Shown: positions 1-9,306 of the stretch, in pieces
How the letters are laid out: the number at the start of each line of letters is the position of its first letter
Numbering within the stretch: position 1 is the first letter of the stretch
From: an uncultured Acidobacteriota bacterium
GTDB lineage: Bacteria > Acidobacteriota > Vicinamibacteria > Vicinamibacterales > CAVVIG01
Direction of reading: 5' to 3'
NCBI GenBank assembly: GCA_963840225.1
Contig: CAWIYH010000004.1
Location: forward strand, 30,383 to 94,382
DNA length: 64,000 nt
Position numbers and translations under genes: made by a program
Notes under the pieces: model-generated
What the model was told of the DNA's origin: nothing
The model's input: the letters and a program-made list of their open reading frames with translations, nothing else
The model's database searches: none

Positions 1-1070
1 GGCGCGCCGCCGGCGAGCGCCAGGCGATAGAGCCACGCGCTTCCGCGCTGCTGCGCCGTGAAGTACACGGTTTGGCCGTCGGCCGCCCAGTCGGGGAAGC
101 CCTGCCTGGCGTCCAGCGCGTCGCCGATCTCGTGCCGGTTCGTTCCGTCGGCGTTCATCACCCAGACGTGCGTGTCCTCCATCGTCGTCTCCGACGATGT
201 CAGCGGGCGCTTGGTGCCGAGGTAGGCGATGTGCCGGGCATCCGGCGACCACACCGGCCGGTACTCGGCGTTCTTCGTGTCGGTCAGCTGCCGGATCGTC
301 CCGGCCTTGGCGTCGACGGTGAAGACGTCGTAGTTGAAGAAGCGGTCCGGGTCCTTCGCATGGTTCGAAATGAAGGCGATGACCTCTCCCTGCGGAGACC
401 ACGCGAGGGAATGCTCGTAGTAGCTGCCGGTCGTGAGTTGCCGCACGCTCCTGGTGGCCACGTCGACGACGAAGATGTGGAGGCGGCGGTTGTCGTTGAA
501 CCGCGTCAGCCCTTCGCCCGCCGTCGGCTTGTACAGGTACCGCGTGATGACCATCGGATCGCCGTTGGCTTCGCGCTCGGGCCCGGGCGTCGCCGAGACG
601 AAGGCGATCTGGTGGCCGTCGGGCGACCAGGAGAGCACGTCGCCCATCGACGGGAGCGGGTCGTTGGTGCTGCGCACGGGCGCCAGCGGCACGAGGCCGG
701 TGCCGTCCGGGTGCACGATCGTCAGCGACGACGTCTTTCCGTCGGACCCCACGAAGGCAATCCACTTTCCATCGGGCGACCATCGCGGCGACGCCCCGCG
801 CCTGCCCGGCGGCAGCAGCGGCTTCGCCGCGCCGCCGGCCACGCCCGCAATCCACAGCTGCGTGTACGGGCGCCCGGGCCGGTCGTTCTTCACCACGCCG
901 TAGACCACGCGGCTGCCGTCCGGCGACAGCCGCACGTCGCCGACCGACTGGAGCTTCGGCAGATCGGCGGCCCGCAGTCCCTCGGCGGCGTCGGCGCCGG
1001 CCGAGACAACGACGGCGACGAGGGCCGTCAGGATGACCGACGCGCGACGAATGCAATCGGTGGGTCGCAT
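1..1070 (-). CDS. TolB-like / peptidase S9-type beta-propeller protein, N-terminal part (gene runs off the left window edge)
   Basis: Not in the ORF track because it is open to the edge. I translated the reverse strand from ATG (1070-1068): MRPTDCIRRASVILTALVAVVVSAGADAAEG (signal peptide). This is followed by repeated propeller blades: RLSPDGSRVVY, PRWSPDGKWIAF, LSWSPDGHQIAF, LAWSPQGEVIAF, PVWSPDARHIAY. The frame stays open to nt 1. Confidence 0.7.
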   Translation of the reverse strand, partial: MRPTDCIRRASVILTALVAVVVSAGADAAEGLRAADLPKLQSVGDVRLSPDGSRVVYGVVKNDRPGRPYTQLWIAGVAGGAAKPLLPPGRRGASPRWSPDGKWIAFVGSDGKTSSLTIVHPDGTGLVPLAPVRSTNDPLPSMGDVLSWSPDGHQIAFVSATPGPEREANGDPMVITRYLYKPTAGEGLTRFNDNRRLHIFVVDVATRSVRQLTTGSYYEHSLAWSPQGEVIAFISNHAKDPDRFFNYDVFTVDAKAGTIRQLTDTKNAEYRPVWSPDARHIAYLGTKRPLTSSETTMEDTHVWVMNADGTNRHEIGDALDARQGFPDWAADGQTVYFTAQQRGSAWLYRLALAGGA

Positions 1071-1080
1071 CACGTCCCCC

Positions 1081-3921
1081 TTACCAGCTGATCTTGGCGG
1101 CCAGCTCGCCCTGGGTGCCCGGCCGCGCGGTCTGAATCGAGCCGAAGTTGGGCGACAGGGCGTTCGTCACCCGGCCGCCGCCGTACTGCGCCTGCAGGTT
1201 GAGCGTGTTGAACAGGTTGAATGCCTGGCCGATGATCTCGACTCGCGCCGGGCCCAGCTCGATGGTCTTGCTGGCGCGGAAATCGAAGATGTTGATGCGC
1301 GAGCTGTCGATCTGCGAGGAGGTGACGGCCGCGAGCCCGTTGCCCGCGCGCCAGGCGTTGACCGCGGCCAGGTCGAGGTCGCGGCTCCCCGCGTTGCGGG
1401 TCGTTCCTGGCACCAGGTCGGTGTTGAAGCCGTCGCCGTTCAGGTCCCTGCCGGCGGTCGCCGTCCAGGGGAGCTCGGACCGGAGCGTCCAGACGGCGCC
1501 GAGCGTCACGCCCCAGGGGCCGAGGAACGCGCCGCTCGCCACCAGCGCCTGCCGCCGCTCGCCGTTAGACGGCCCCTGGTCCAGTCCGGGATTCAGCGCG
1601 TCGATGAAGCGCCCGAGCGGGGCGTTGTCGTTGCTGTGATCGAACGTGTAGGACAGGAGGAACTGCGTGCGGTGGCTGAAGTGCTTGTCCAGCTTCACGT
1701 ACAGCGCCTTGTATTTCACGTCGCCGGTCGACTGGTACTGATCGACGCGGCCGAAGGTCGGATTCGGCCGCAGCCCGGTGGCGGAGTCGCGCGGGTTGAT
1801 GTCGCGAATCTTCCGATCCTCGGTGACGTGGCTGTACACGGCATCCACGTGAAGGGCCAGATCGGCGGTCAGCTTCTGCGAGAGGCCCGCGCTGAACTGG
1901 TCGGACGCCGGCTGCTGGTAGTCGTTGGCGAGCACGGTGATGTTCGCCGGGCGCGAGACGACGAACGAGCTCGGGTCGCGACCGCCGTACGGGTCGGGGT
2001 ACGAGGGGTTGCTGATGTTGACACTGAACTGCTGGTAGTTCCGGAATTCGTTGAGGGCGCCGAGGATGCGCGTGTGGCCGTAGTAGCGGCCGTAGCCGCC
2101 GCGCACCACCGAGTCGCCGTCGCCGCGGATGTCCCAGGCGAAACCGGTGCGCGGGCCGAAGTTGTTGCTGTCGCCGCGCTTCGACACGTCGATGTAGGGG
2201 ATGGTCACCGGGAAGATCGACGGGTCGAGGTCCTCGTTGCAGCAGCCGTACAGCCGCTCCCACCGCAGGCCCACGTTGAGCGTCAGGTTGGGCCGCGCCT
2301 TCCAGTCGTCCTGCACGAACACGACGCCGTACTTCGTGGTGCGCGGCGTATGAATCGGCGGCAGGCTGGCCGAGAAGGTCGTGGCGCCGGTCAGCGCGGC
2401 GATCGAGGCCGGATCGCTCGGGTTGAAGGGCTGGTCCTGCGAGAAGGTGAACGTTCCGAGGGGATTGCCGGTGTTCTCCTCGAGGTACGGCATGTAGTTG
2501 TACTCGCCGCCGAACTTGATGTCGTGCGAGGCGTGGGTGATGTTGTAGGTGTCTCTCACCTCCCATCGGCTCTCGGGGCCGATCTCGTCGAAGCTGCTGC
2601 CGTAGGAGAGCGACGGGAAGTCGTAGGTCGGGCTCAGCCGGTCGATGCGGGTGGCAGAGAAGTTGCCGACGTCGGTCCAGATCGAGGTGCCGCTCGGGGC
2701 GATGTAGTAGCCGCCGCGCGCGTACTGGAACCGGAAGTCGTTGAGCTGACTCGACCCCTGGATCCACGTGTGGCCGACGACGATGCTCTTGCGGGGCGTC
2801 TTCTGATCGAAGCCGGCGCTGGTCGCCGTGGTCCCGCCACAGCCGCCGCACGTCGACAGCTCGTCCTCCTGCGCGTATCGAGCAAACAGGCTCTGGTCGT
2901 TGCTGATCTGCCAGTCGCCGCGGCCGACGTACAGGTAGCGATGGGACGGCTTGGCGAAGGTCCCCTCCACCGACGAGTAGAACTGCGGCAGCCCCGTGTG
3001 GACGGTGTAGAACTCGTTGATCTTCGTGTCCTCGAGCGACGCGAAAAAGTGCATCCGGTCGCGGATGATCGGACCGCCGAGCGCGCCGCCGAACTGATGC
3101 CGGCGGAATGCCGGCTTCTCGGTCTGGAACGGTTCGAGCGCGTTCAGCGACTTGTCGCGGAAGTACTCGAACGCGTCGCCGTGGAACGCGTTGCCGCCCG
3201 ACTTGGTCACCACCTCCACGATGCCGCCCGTGGCGAGCCCGAACTGCGCCGGCGCCTGGACGTTGCTGACCTTGAACTCCTGCACGGCGTCCTGCGGGAG
3301 GTCCTGCCGGGGCTCGCCGTCCTCGTCCCAGTTGTTGATCATGCCGTCGACGATGTTGCCGGTGCTGTTGAAGGTCATCGACCCGCCGACGTTCACGGTG
3401 GCGAAGAAGGATCTCGTCGCGTCGAGGCTCGTCCCCGGCATGAGCAGCGCGAGCGAGAGATACTGGCGGGAGTTGACCGGCAGCGTCTGTATCTGAATGG
3501 GTGTGACCACGCCGGCGACCTCGGACTTCGTCGTATCCACCACCGGGGCCTGCCCGGTCACCGTCACCGACTCCGAGAGGCTCCTGATCCGCATCGTGAA
3601 GTCCTGCCTCAGCGACAACCCGATGGTGATCGTCAGGTCCTTGACCGTTTCCGCCGTGAATCCCTGCAGGTTAGCGGTCACCGAGTAGGTACCGGGCAGC
3701 AGCGCCGGAAAGCGGTAAGCGCCGTCGGATGCCGTGACGGTCGTGCGGGCCACGCCGGACGTCTGATTGCGCATCGTGACCGTGACGCCGGGCAGGACTC
3801 CCCCTTGTTCGTCCCGGATGACTCCTTCAATCAGCCCGTTGCCGCCCTGGGCGAGCAGCGCGGAGCTCATCGCAAGGGTGATGAAGAGAGCGAGCACGTG
3901 AACGCGTGCGGGACACTGCAT
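1081..3921 (-). CDS. TonB-dependent outer-membrane receptor with N-terminal carboxypeptidase-regulatory-like domain
   Basis: 946-aa ORF with a signal peptide (LALFITLAMSSALLAQG). It has a CarboxypepD_reg-like module (GVIRDEQGGVLPGVTVTMRNQTSGVARTTVTASDGAYRFPALLPGTYSVTANLQGF). A long beta-rich barrel ends in the aromatic terminus ...LAAKISW. Confidence 0.85.
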   Translation of the reverse strand: MQCPARVHVLALFITLAMSSALLAQGGNGLIEGVIRDEQGGVLPGVTVTMRNQTSGVARTTVTASDGAYRFPALLPGTYSVTANLQGFTAETVKDLTITIGLSLRQDFTMRIRSLSESVTVTGQAPVVDTTKSEVAGVVTPIQIQTLPVNSRQYLSLALLMPGTSLDATRSFFATVNVGGSMTFNSTGNIVDGMINNWDEDGEPRQDLPQDAVQEFKVSNVQAPAQFGLATGGIVEVVTKSGGNAFHGDAFEYFRDKSLNALEPFQTEKPAFRRHQFGGALGGPIIRDRMHFFASLEDTKINEFYTVHTGLPQFYSSVEGTFAKPSHRYLYVGRGDWQISNDQSLFARYAQEDELSTCGGCGGTTATSAGFDQKTPRKSIVVGHTWIQGSSQLNDFRFQYARGGYYIAPSGTSIWTDVGNFSATRIDRLSPTYDFPSLSYGSSFDEIGPESRWEVRDTYNITHASHDIKFGGEYNYMPYLEENTGNPLGTFTFSQDQPFNPSDPASIAALTGATTFSASLPPIHTPRTTKYGVVFVQDDWKARPNLTLNVGLRWERLYGCCNEDLDPSIFPVTIPYIDVSKRGDSNNFGPRTGFAWDIRGDGDSVVRGGYGRYYGHTRILGALNEFRNYQQFSVNISNPSYPDPYGGRDPSSFVVSRPANITVLANDYQQPASDQFSAGLSQKLTADLALHVDAVYSHVTEDRKIRDINPRDSATGLRPNPTFGRVDQYQSTGDVKYKALYVKLDKHFSHRTQFLLSYTFDHSNDNAPLGRFIDALNPGLDQGPSNGERRQALVASGAFLGPWGVTLGAVWTLRSELPWTATAGRDLNGDGFNTDLVPGTTRNAGSRDLDLAAVNAWRAGNGLAAVTSSQIDSSRINIFDFRASKTIELGPARVEIIGQAFNLFNTLNLQAQYGGGRVTNALSPNFGSIQTARPGTQGELAAKISW

Positions 3922-4221
3922 GGGACCCTCCGTCGGCAGCTGAAGGAGAGAGGCTCTCGACGGCGATCCGCCGTGCGCGAGGGGACCGGCCAGACACGGC
4001 CGAGAGCATCCGGCTCGCTGGAGCGTGCATGGTGTACCTCGGGTCGATTCGCCCTGTCAACGCGACCGCCCGACGCTCGCCCTGCGGGGGCGCCGTTTCG
4101 GCTGCCACGTCTGCGCCGCAGCGCCGTTCGGGTCACGACACCTGGCAGGTGACCGCGCCAAACGGAGTCGTCGCGCGAACCGGTTACCGAATCGTCACCA
4201 GAGTACGCCACAATCGCTATT

Positions 4222-4572
4222 GTGTTGATTCGTTCCTGGTCTCTCGACGACATCACGATACTCGACGTCGACGGCCGGCTCGGTGTCGAGAACGGCCCGG
4301 CGCTGCGCGACGCGGTGACCCGTGCGGTCGCCGGCGGCGCGCGGCGGATCGTGCTCAACCTCTCGGGCGTCACCGCGCTCGACGCCGCTGCCGTGGGCGA
4401 GCTGGCCCGGGCGTTCACGTTCGTCCGCCAGGCCGCGGGTGAGCTGAAGCTGGTCGTCCGCTCCGATGCCGTGCGCGAGATTCTTGTGCGCACGCGGCTG
4501 CTGGGCATCGTCCCGACCTACCAGACTGAGGCTGCCGCGATCGCGAATTTCGCCGAGCTGCTCAAGGTCTGA
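4222..4572 (+). CDS. STAS-domain anti-sigma-factor antagonist-like protein
   Basis: 116 aa with a GTG start. ILDVDGRLGVENGPALRDAV...RRIVLNLSGVTALDAAAVGELARAF is the typical SpoIIAA/STAS layout. Confidence 0.75.
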   Translation: MLIRSWSLDDITILDVDGRLGVENGPALRDAVTRAVAGGARRIVLNLSGVTALDAAAVGELARAFTFVRQAAGELKLVVRSDAVREILVRTRLLGIVPTYQTEAAAIANFAELLKV

Positions 4573-4577
4573 CCGCC

Positions 4578-6182
4578 TCACGGCACCGAAATCGATTCCC
4601 CCGGCAGGTGCGGCGCATGGATCGGCAGGCGCCGCGCGTGTGTGGCTTGCTCGAAGGAGTAGCCGAGCGCCAGCAGCCTGCCTTCGCTGAACGCCGGCCC
4701 GAAGAACGACAGCGCGACAGGCAGCTTGTCGCCGGTGAAGCCGGCAGGCACGATCAGATCGGGGAAACCCGTCAGGTTGGCGATGTTGGTGGCCGATCGC
4801 TCGCCGCCGCCACCAGCGCCGCCCTGGCCGGTCTCGGCGATCAGGCCAGGGCGCCGCGACGAGGTGGGGTAGACGATGGCGTCGAGCTTTTCGGACGCCA
4901 TGATTCCTTCGACGATCGCGCGCACGAGCGGCAGCCCGTGGTCGCGCACCGATGTGTAGCGCGGGTCGCTCGTCGATCCGCTCTTCGCCTCCACCTTGAA
5001 CAGGTTCCAGCGGCTGGGATTCGGGCCCGCGCCGTCGGCGCGCGTCGAGGGGAACCCGTTCGCACGCTCGATCATCTCGTCGAGCGTCTTCGGGTACTTC
5101 GGCCCGAGGGTCGCCAGGTAGTCGGCGATCTGGGCGGCGAACTCCGGATAGCGGATCGCGGTGTAGAAGTCCTCCTTGGCTTCGAGCAGCCACTTGGGGT
5201 ACCGCACGTCGATCACGGTGGCGCCGGCCGCGCGCATCCTGTCGAGGGACGCCTCGACGACCCAGTCCACATCGGGATCGGCGCCGAGAAAGTCGCGCGC
5301 GATGCCGATGCGCGCCCCCTTGAGCGCGTCGGCCTTCAGGTCCTTGCTGTAGTCGGTCTCGAACCGGCCGTCGCTCTTGCTGGTCGCCGCGTCGGCCGGA
5401 TCGACCCCCGTCAGGACGCCGAGCGCGACGGCGACGTCGTACACGCTGCGCGCCATCGGTCCGCCGGTGTCGAAGGTGAGCGCCAGCGGGATGATGCCGC
5501 TCCGGCTGAGCAGCCCGTGGGTCGGCTTCAGGCCGACGATTCCGTTGGCCGCCGACGGACCGCGAATCGAGCCGCCGGTGTCGGTGCCGAACCCGAGCGG
5601 CGCGTAGGCGGCCGCGATCGCCACGCCGGTGCCGCCCGAAGATCCCGATGGGCTGCGCGTCAGATCGTGCGGGTTGAGCGACTGGCCGCCGAGGGAGCTG
5701 TGCGCGCCGCCCGACGCGAATTCCGACATGTTGACCTTGGCGAGGATGATCGCGCCCGCCGCGCGGAGCTTCTTCACCAGGAACGCGTCCTCGGGCGGGA
5801 TCGAGCCCTCGAGCAGCACCGAGCCGCCGGTGGTCGGGAGATCCGCCGTGTTGTAGTTGTCCTTGAGCACCACCGGGATCCCGTGGAGCGGAGAACGCGG
5901 GCCCCTGGCCTTGCGCTCGGCGTCGAGGGCGCGCGCCGTCTCGAGCGCCTTCGGATTGAGCGCGATGATCGCGTGAAGCGCCGGTCCCTGGCGATCGTAG
6001 GCGCGAATCCGCGCCAGGCACAGCTGCACGAGCTGCTCGGAGGTCAGCGTGCCGGCCGCGAACGCCGCATCGATGTCGGCGATGGTCGCCGCGTCGAGCT
6101 CGACGGTCTTCGCCAGCCCGGGCGCGGCGAGGGAAAGGAGGGCGACCAGAAGCAGGCCGCGGCAGCGGAGTCGGCTCATCAT
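4578..6182 (-). CDS. secreted amidase (amidase-signature family)
   Basis: 534 aa with an N-terminal signal peptide (LLLVALLSLAAPGLAKT). It carries the amidase signature GGSSGGTGVAIAAAYAPLGFGTDTGGSIRGPSAANG. Confidence 0.9.
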   Translation of the reverse strand: MMSRLRCRGLLLVALLSLAAPGLAKTVELDAATIADIDAAFAAGTLTSEQLVQLCLARIRAYDRQGPALHAIIALNPKALETARALDAERKARGPRSPLHGIPVVLKDNYNTADLPTTGGSVLLEGSIPPEDAFLVKKLRAAGAIILAKVNMSEFASGGAHSSLGGQSLNPHDLTRSPSGSSGGTGVAIAAAYAPLGFGTDTGGSIRGPSAANGIVGLKPTHGLLSRSGIIPLALTFDTGGPMARSVYDVAVALGVLTGVDPADAATSKSDGRFETDYSKDLKADALKGARIGIARDFLGADPDVDWVVEASLDRMRAAGATVIDVRYPKWLLEAKEDFYTAIRYPEFAAQIADYLATLGPKYPKTLDEMIERANGFPSTRADGAGPNPSRWNLFKVEAKSGSTSDPRYTSVRDHGLPLVRAIVEGIMASEKLDAIVYPTSSRRPGLIAETGQGGAGGGGERSATNIANLTGFPDLIVPAGFTGDKLPVALSFFGPAFSEGRLLALGYSFEQATHARRLPIHAPHLPGESISVP

Positions 6183-6270
6183 GCCGCGAATCTTAGCCGA
6201 TCGGCCGAATCAGGCGAGGGCGGTTGACGTCGGGCGTCCCCTCGCCATAATCATTCCGGTTCCATCAGGA

Positions 6271-6390
6271 TGACGGTCGACTCGACCCTGTCTTGCCCTG
6301 TCGCGGCGGATTCGCGGCCTGTCCGAGCGCGCGGTGTATCGCCACTGGGAGAAGTCGCGCAGCTACCTCCACGGCAGCCTGCGCCAGCGC
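6271..6390 (+). pseudogene. remnant of the 3' end of an ECF-type sigma-70 factor (region 4.2 HTH only)
   Basis: The frame containing 6301-6387 reads SRRIRGLSERAVYRHWEKSRSYLHGSLRQ. This resembles the C-terminal ...GLSxRTVxRxWxxARxxLxxxL end of Acidobacteria-type ECF sigma factors. There is no upstream sigma region, and an in-frame TGA lies at about 6268. Confidence 0.3.
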
Positions 6391-6429
6391 CGCGCCCCTG
6401 ATCGGGCGACGCCTGCTGGGACTTCCCTT

Positions 6430-7878
6430 TCAGAGCGACTGGAGGAACGCCACCAGCTGCTGCTTCTGGGTGTCGGTCAGGTTCATCTCGAAGCGGTCAT
6501 TGTAGAAGTCGACGACTTCCTGCAGCGTCGCGGCGGCGCCGTTGTGGAAGTACGGTGCCCGCGCGGCGAGGCCTCGCAGGATCGGTCCCTTGCCGCGCGT
6601 CAGGTCGGCGCAGCTTCCCGTGATGAGCGCCCGGCCGGGATCGGTCGTGTAGATCGTCCGTTCGGGCGCGACCGCCGTGCAGGTGACCTTGAAGATCGGC
6701 AGGTCCGGCAGGCTGAGGTGCGAGAGGCCCGCGGCGATGCGGGGGTCGGTTTCGAAGCTGGTGGAGTGGCTGACCCCGATGTCGAGCGGCACGGGAAGCG
6801 AATGGTCGCCGACGTTCGGCGCGTCGTGGCAGGTCGTGCAGGTCCCGGGGATGGATGCCTGGTCGAGCGCGTCGTTCAACCCGGCGACGGCGGTGATGGT
6901 CAGGGGAAACGTGTTGAAGAGCCGCTCGCCGGCGGCAATCGCCGCCGTGTCCCGGGCGGCCCGATCCTGTCTGGCGGCCTGCAGGCTCTCCCATGGCGCG
7001 AAGATCGAGAAGGCGTCGGGATCGAACGCCGCGCCGGTCGGGTTGCCGCCGAGCGAGTCGTTGATGCCGGGATAGTACTCCTGTCGCGCGAGCGCGAGCG
7101 GGCCGCCGCGCGCGCGGCCGGCGCGAAGCGACCCCGCCCGGCGGTCCCAGGACTGCGCCGAGAACAGGTTCACCTCGAAGTCGACGATCTCGGCGAGCTG
7201 GCGGGCCGTGGGCGCCGCCGCGGCCTGCGCGTGGCCGAGGGTGGCTTCGAGCGCCTGCTGCGTCAGGTCGGTGACCAGGTTTGCCGCGAACGTCGCGGGC
7301 GCGTTGAGCGGGGCGACGGTGTCGCGCCCGTCGAACATCACGGCGCTGAGGAACCGCAGGTTCGTCGCAGGCAGCGGTCGGCGGTAGACCGAGAGGCTGC
7401 GGACGCCGGTCGTCGGATCGGCGGCATCGGCGCACCCGTACGGGTCGTAGACGGCCTGAATCGTGAACTGCGCGTGCGCCGGGACCGGGAGCCCGACCCG
7501 GATGAGACCGTGCCCGAGGATGAGGCTGTGGGCCGAGCGGTCCCCGGGCGCCGCGCCGCGGCAGTTCGCCCCGTCGACGTCCGCAAACAGGGGGTCCCTG
7601 CCGCGTGTGGCGGCATAGCGAGCGCGCGCGTCGGCCGCGCCCAAGCTCAGCGCATTCTGGAACGTGTGACAGGTCGCGCAGGACCGGCCATTGGTGCCGA
7701 GCGATTGGAAGAAGGCGTTGCGGAGGTTCGCCGGCCCACCGGTGTGCACCGTCGACATCACGCCGGTCGCGTCCAGGACGCTGAACGTCTCCCGGATCGT
7801 CGCCGACGCCGTCATCGCAGCGAGCGCCAGTGCGCAGAAGGCAGACACTCCGATCCGTCGCGGCCATCGGCGGTCCAT
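6430..7878 (-). CDS. di-haem cytochrome c peroxidase family protein
   Basis: Two CxxCH haem motifs (CATCHTF, CTTCHDAPNVGDHS). Signal peptide MDRRWPRRIGVSAFCALALAAMTASA. The start at 7878 is preferred over the track start at 7902 because GGGAGGA lies 7 nt upstream. Confidence 0.85.
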   Translation of the reverse strand: MDRRWPRRIGVSAFCALALAAMTASATIRETFSVLDATGVMSTVHTGGPANLRNAFFQSLGTNGRSCATCHTFQNALSLGAADARARYAATRGRDPLFADVDGANCRGAAPGDRSAHSLILGHGLIRVGLPVPAHAQFTIQAVYDPYGCADAADPTTGVRSLSVYRRPLPATNLRFLSAVMFDGRDTVAPLNAPATFAANLVTDLTQQALEATLGHAQAAAAPTARQLAEIVDFEVNLFSAQSWDRRAGSLRAGRARGGPLALARQEYYPGINDSLGGNPTGAAFDPDAFSIFAPWESLQAARQDRAARDTAAIAAGERLFNTFPLTITAVAGLNDALDQASIPGTCTTCHDAPNVGDHSLPVPLDIGVSHSTSFETDPRIAAGLSHLSLPDLPIFKVTCTAVAPERTIYTTDPGRALITGSCADLTRGKGPILRGLAARAPYFHNGAAATLQEVVDFYNDRFEMNLTDTQKQQLVAFLQSL

Positions 7879-7972
7879 AGGCAGTCCTCCCTTGTTACCC
7901 ACACAGATCGCAAACCGCCCCGGGAAGCTGACAGCGACGCCGCCGGCCCCGGGGCCGGCGGCAAGCCCGCGT

Positions 7973-8671
7973 TCAGCCCTGGCGCGCGGACGGCCCGCGG
8001 AGCCGGGTCACGATCGGGTCGCGGCGGCCCTCCCACCGGTATTCGTAGTGGGCAGCGACGGTCACGTTCAGCACCAGCCGCGGCCGGAAGCAGGCGAGAC
8101 ACTCGCCGCCCCGGCGCCGGACGCTGCGGTACACGATGCCATTGGAGCCCGACTCGAGGAGCGTATTGGCGAACCGCTGCGAGGCGCTGTAGTCGTGGTC
8201 GCGGTAGAGGGGGGCGAAGCGGAGGCCGCGGCGCACGTCGTGAAACTCCGCGCGGAAGTCGGCGTGATAGAGGCGCATCTGCACGCGCGTCTCGAAGCAA
8301 CCGATCTCGGCCAGCTCGCGGGTTCGCCGGTACACCGACTCGGCCAGCGCCGTCTCGAGGGTCCGCGAGGCGTACCAGGCGCCGCGCCGCTCGTCGGAGA
8401 AGCGCCCGCCGCCGGGCGCCGGATGGCAGAACGCCGCCATGACGACGCTCGCGTGGGGACGGCCCGTGAGCCATTGCTCGCGCGGGACGATCGAGAGCAC
8501 GCCGAGCTCGGCGTTGACGCGGTCGTTCGTCCAGCTCTCCAGCTCGATGACGGCGTCGAGATCCTCGGGCGAGGCGACGCGGTCGAACAGGCCGGTCGCG
8601 GGGTAGCGGCTCGGGATGAGGCGGCTGGTGCGGCGCCAGTGCACGCGCGCCCGCGGGGCGGCAACCGCCAT
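7973..8671 (-). CDS. RES-domain toxin (type II TA, Xre-RES / MbcT-ParT class)
   Basis: These are the last 232 aa of the 540-aa track ORF: MAVAAPRARVHWRRTSRLIPSRYP...GGGRFSDERRGAWYASRTLETALAESVY...YSASQRFANTLLESGSNGIVYRSVRRRGGECLACF (R/E/S signature). The ATG at 8671 overlaps the upstream gene's stop (ATGA). Confidence 0.85.
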   Translation of the reverse strand: MAVAAPRARVHWRRTSRLIPSRYPATGLFDRVASPEDLDAVIELESWTNDRVNAELGVLSIVPREQWLTGRPHASVVMAAFCHPAPGGGRFSDERRGAWYASRTLETALAESVYRRTRELAEIGCFETRVQMRLYHADFRAEFHDVRRGLRFAPLYRDHDYSASQRFANTLLESGSNGIVYRSVRRRGGECLACFRPRLVLNVTVAAHYEYRWEGRRDPIVTRLRGPSARQG

Positions 8672-9111
8672 CAGCCGCGCCGCGCGTCGAGCAGCCGGCG
8701 GACCCGGTAGAGCCCGTCGAGGCCGCCGTCGATCATCAGGCGCAGGGCCGGCCGGCCGCCGAACAGGGGATGGCTGTTCGGCAGCGTGACCCACCGATCC
8801 GCCAGCTCCGGTTCGGGATAGAGGACGTGGAGGTTCTTGTAGATGCCGAGCACGAGCGACAGGCGCGTGAGCGTGTCGAGCGCCAGGGTGCCGGGGGCGC
8901 CGGCCTTGTACTTGTGGAAGGTCGAGGTCGGCGGCCAGCCGAGCAGCGCGCGCTCGTCGCCGGCGCCGAGCCCCCAGGCCCGGGTGACGTTGAAGAAGGT
9001 GCGGAGGGCCGGGCCGGACAGGCGGCGGCGCACCTCGCTCGACTCGCGCGCGGCCACGGGCAGGCCGGCGCCGTCGGTCGTCGCGCGGGGCGCGGGGCGG
9101 GTCGATTCCAT
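8671..9111 (-). CDS. Xre-like antitoxin with DUF2384-type C-terminal domain (partner of the RES toxin)
   Basis: 146 aa. FFNVTRAWGLGAGDERALLGWPPTSTFHKYKAG...LDTLTRLSLVLGIYKNLHVLYPEPELADRWVTLPNSHPLFGGRPALRLMIDGGLDGLYRVRRLLDA matches the ParS/MbcA antitoxin pattern. There is a 4-nt ATGA overlap with the toxin. Confidence 0.8.
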   Translation of the reverse strand: MESTRPAPRATTDGAGLPVAARESSEVRRRLSGPALRTFFNVTRAWGLGAGDERALLGWPPTSTFHKYKAGAPGTLALDTLTRLSLVLGIYKNLHVLYPEPELADRWVTLPNSHPLFGGRPALRLMIDGGLDGLYRVRRLLDARRG

Positions 9112-9306
9112 ATCTGGACAGCTTACTACAAATATGGAGACGCGGCCAGGTCATCAAGGCTCGCCGCCGTGGCTCGACGACGCCTTTCGACGGGCGCTGC
9201 CTTGCCTTGGGCACCGTCGATGGGAGTCTGTCACGTCTTTCCCGGGTCGGCCACTTTGCCCCCGACCGGCGGCGGCGCCGGGCCGCGGCCTCGAGCTCGC
9301 GCGGGG

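Noticed and set aside
1033-4152. 1039-aa plus-strand ORF
   Set aside because: It is antisense to the well-supported TonB-dependent receptor. Its composition is dominated by R/A/G/V/P with no motif, which is the classic shadow ORF of GC-rich DNA.
3922-4221. Possible riboswitch (for example cobalamin) in the 300-nt leader of the TonB-dependent receptor
   Set aside because: I read both strands and found no B12 box (GCCACTG-like) or other recognisable riboswitch core. This needs an Rfam scan to be sure.
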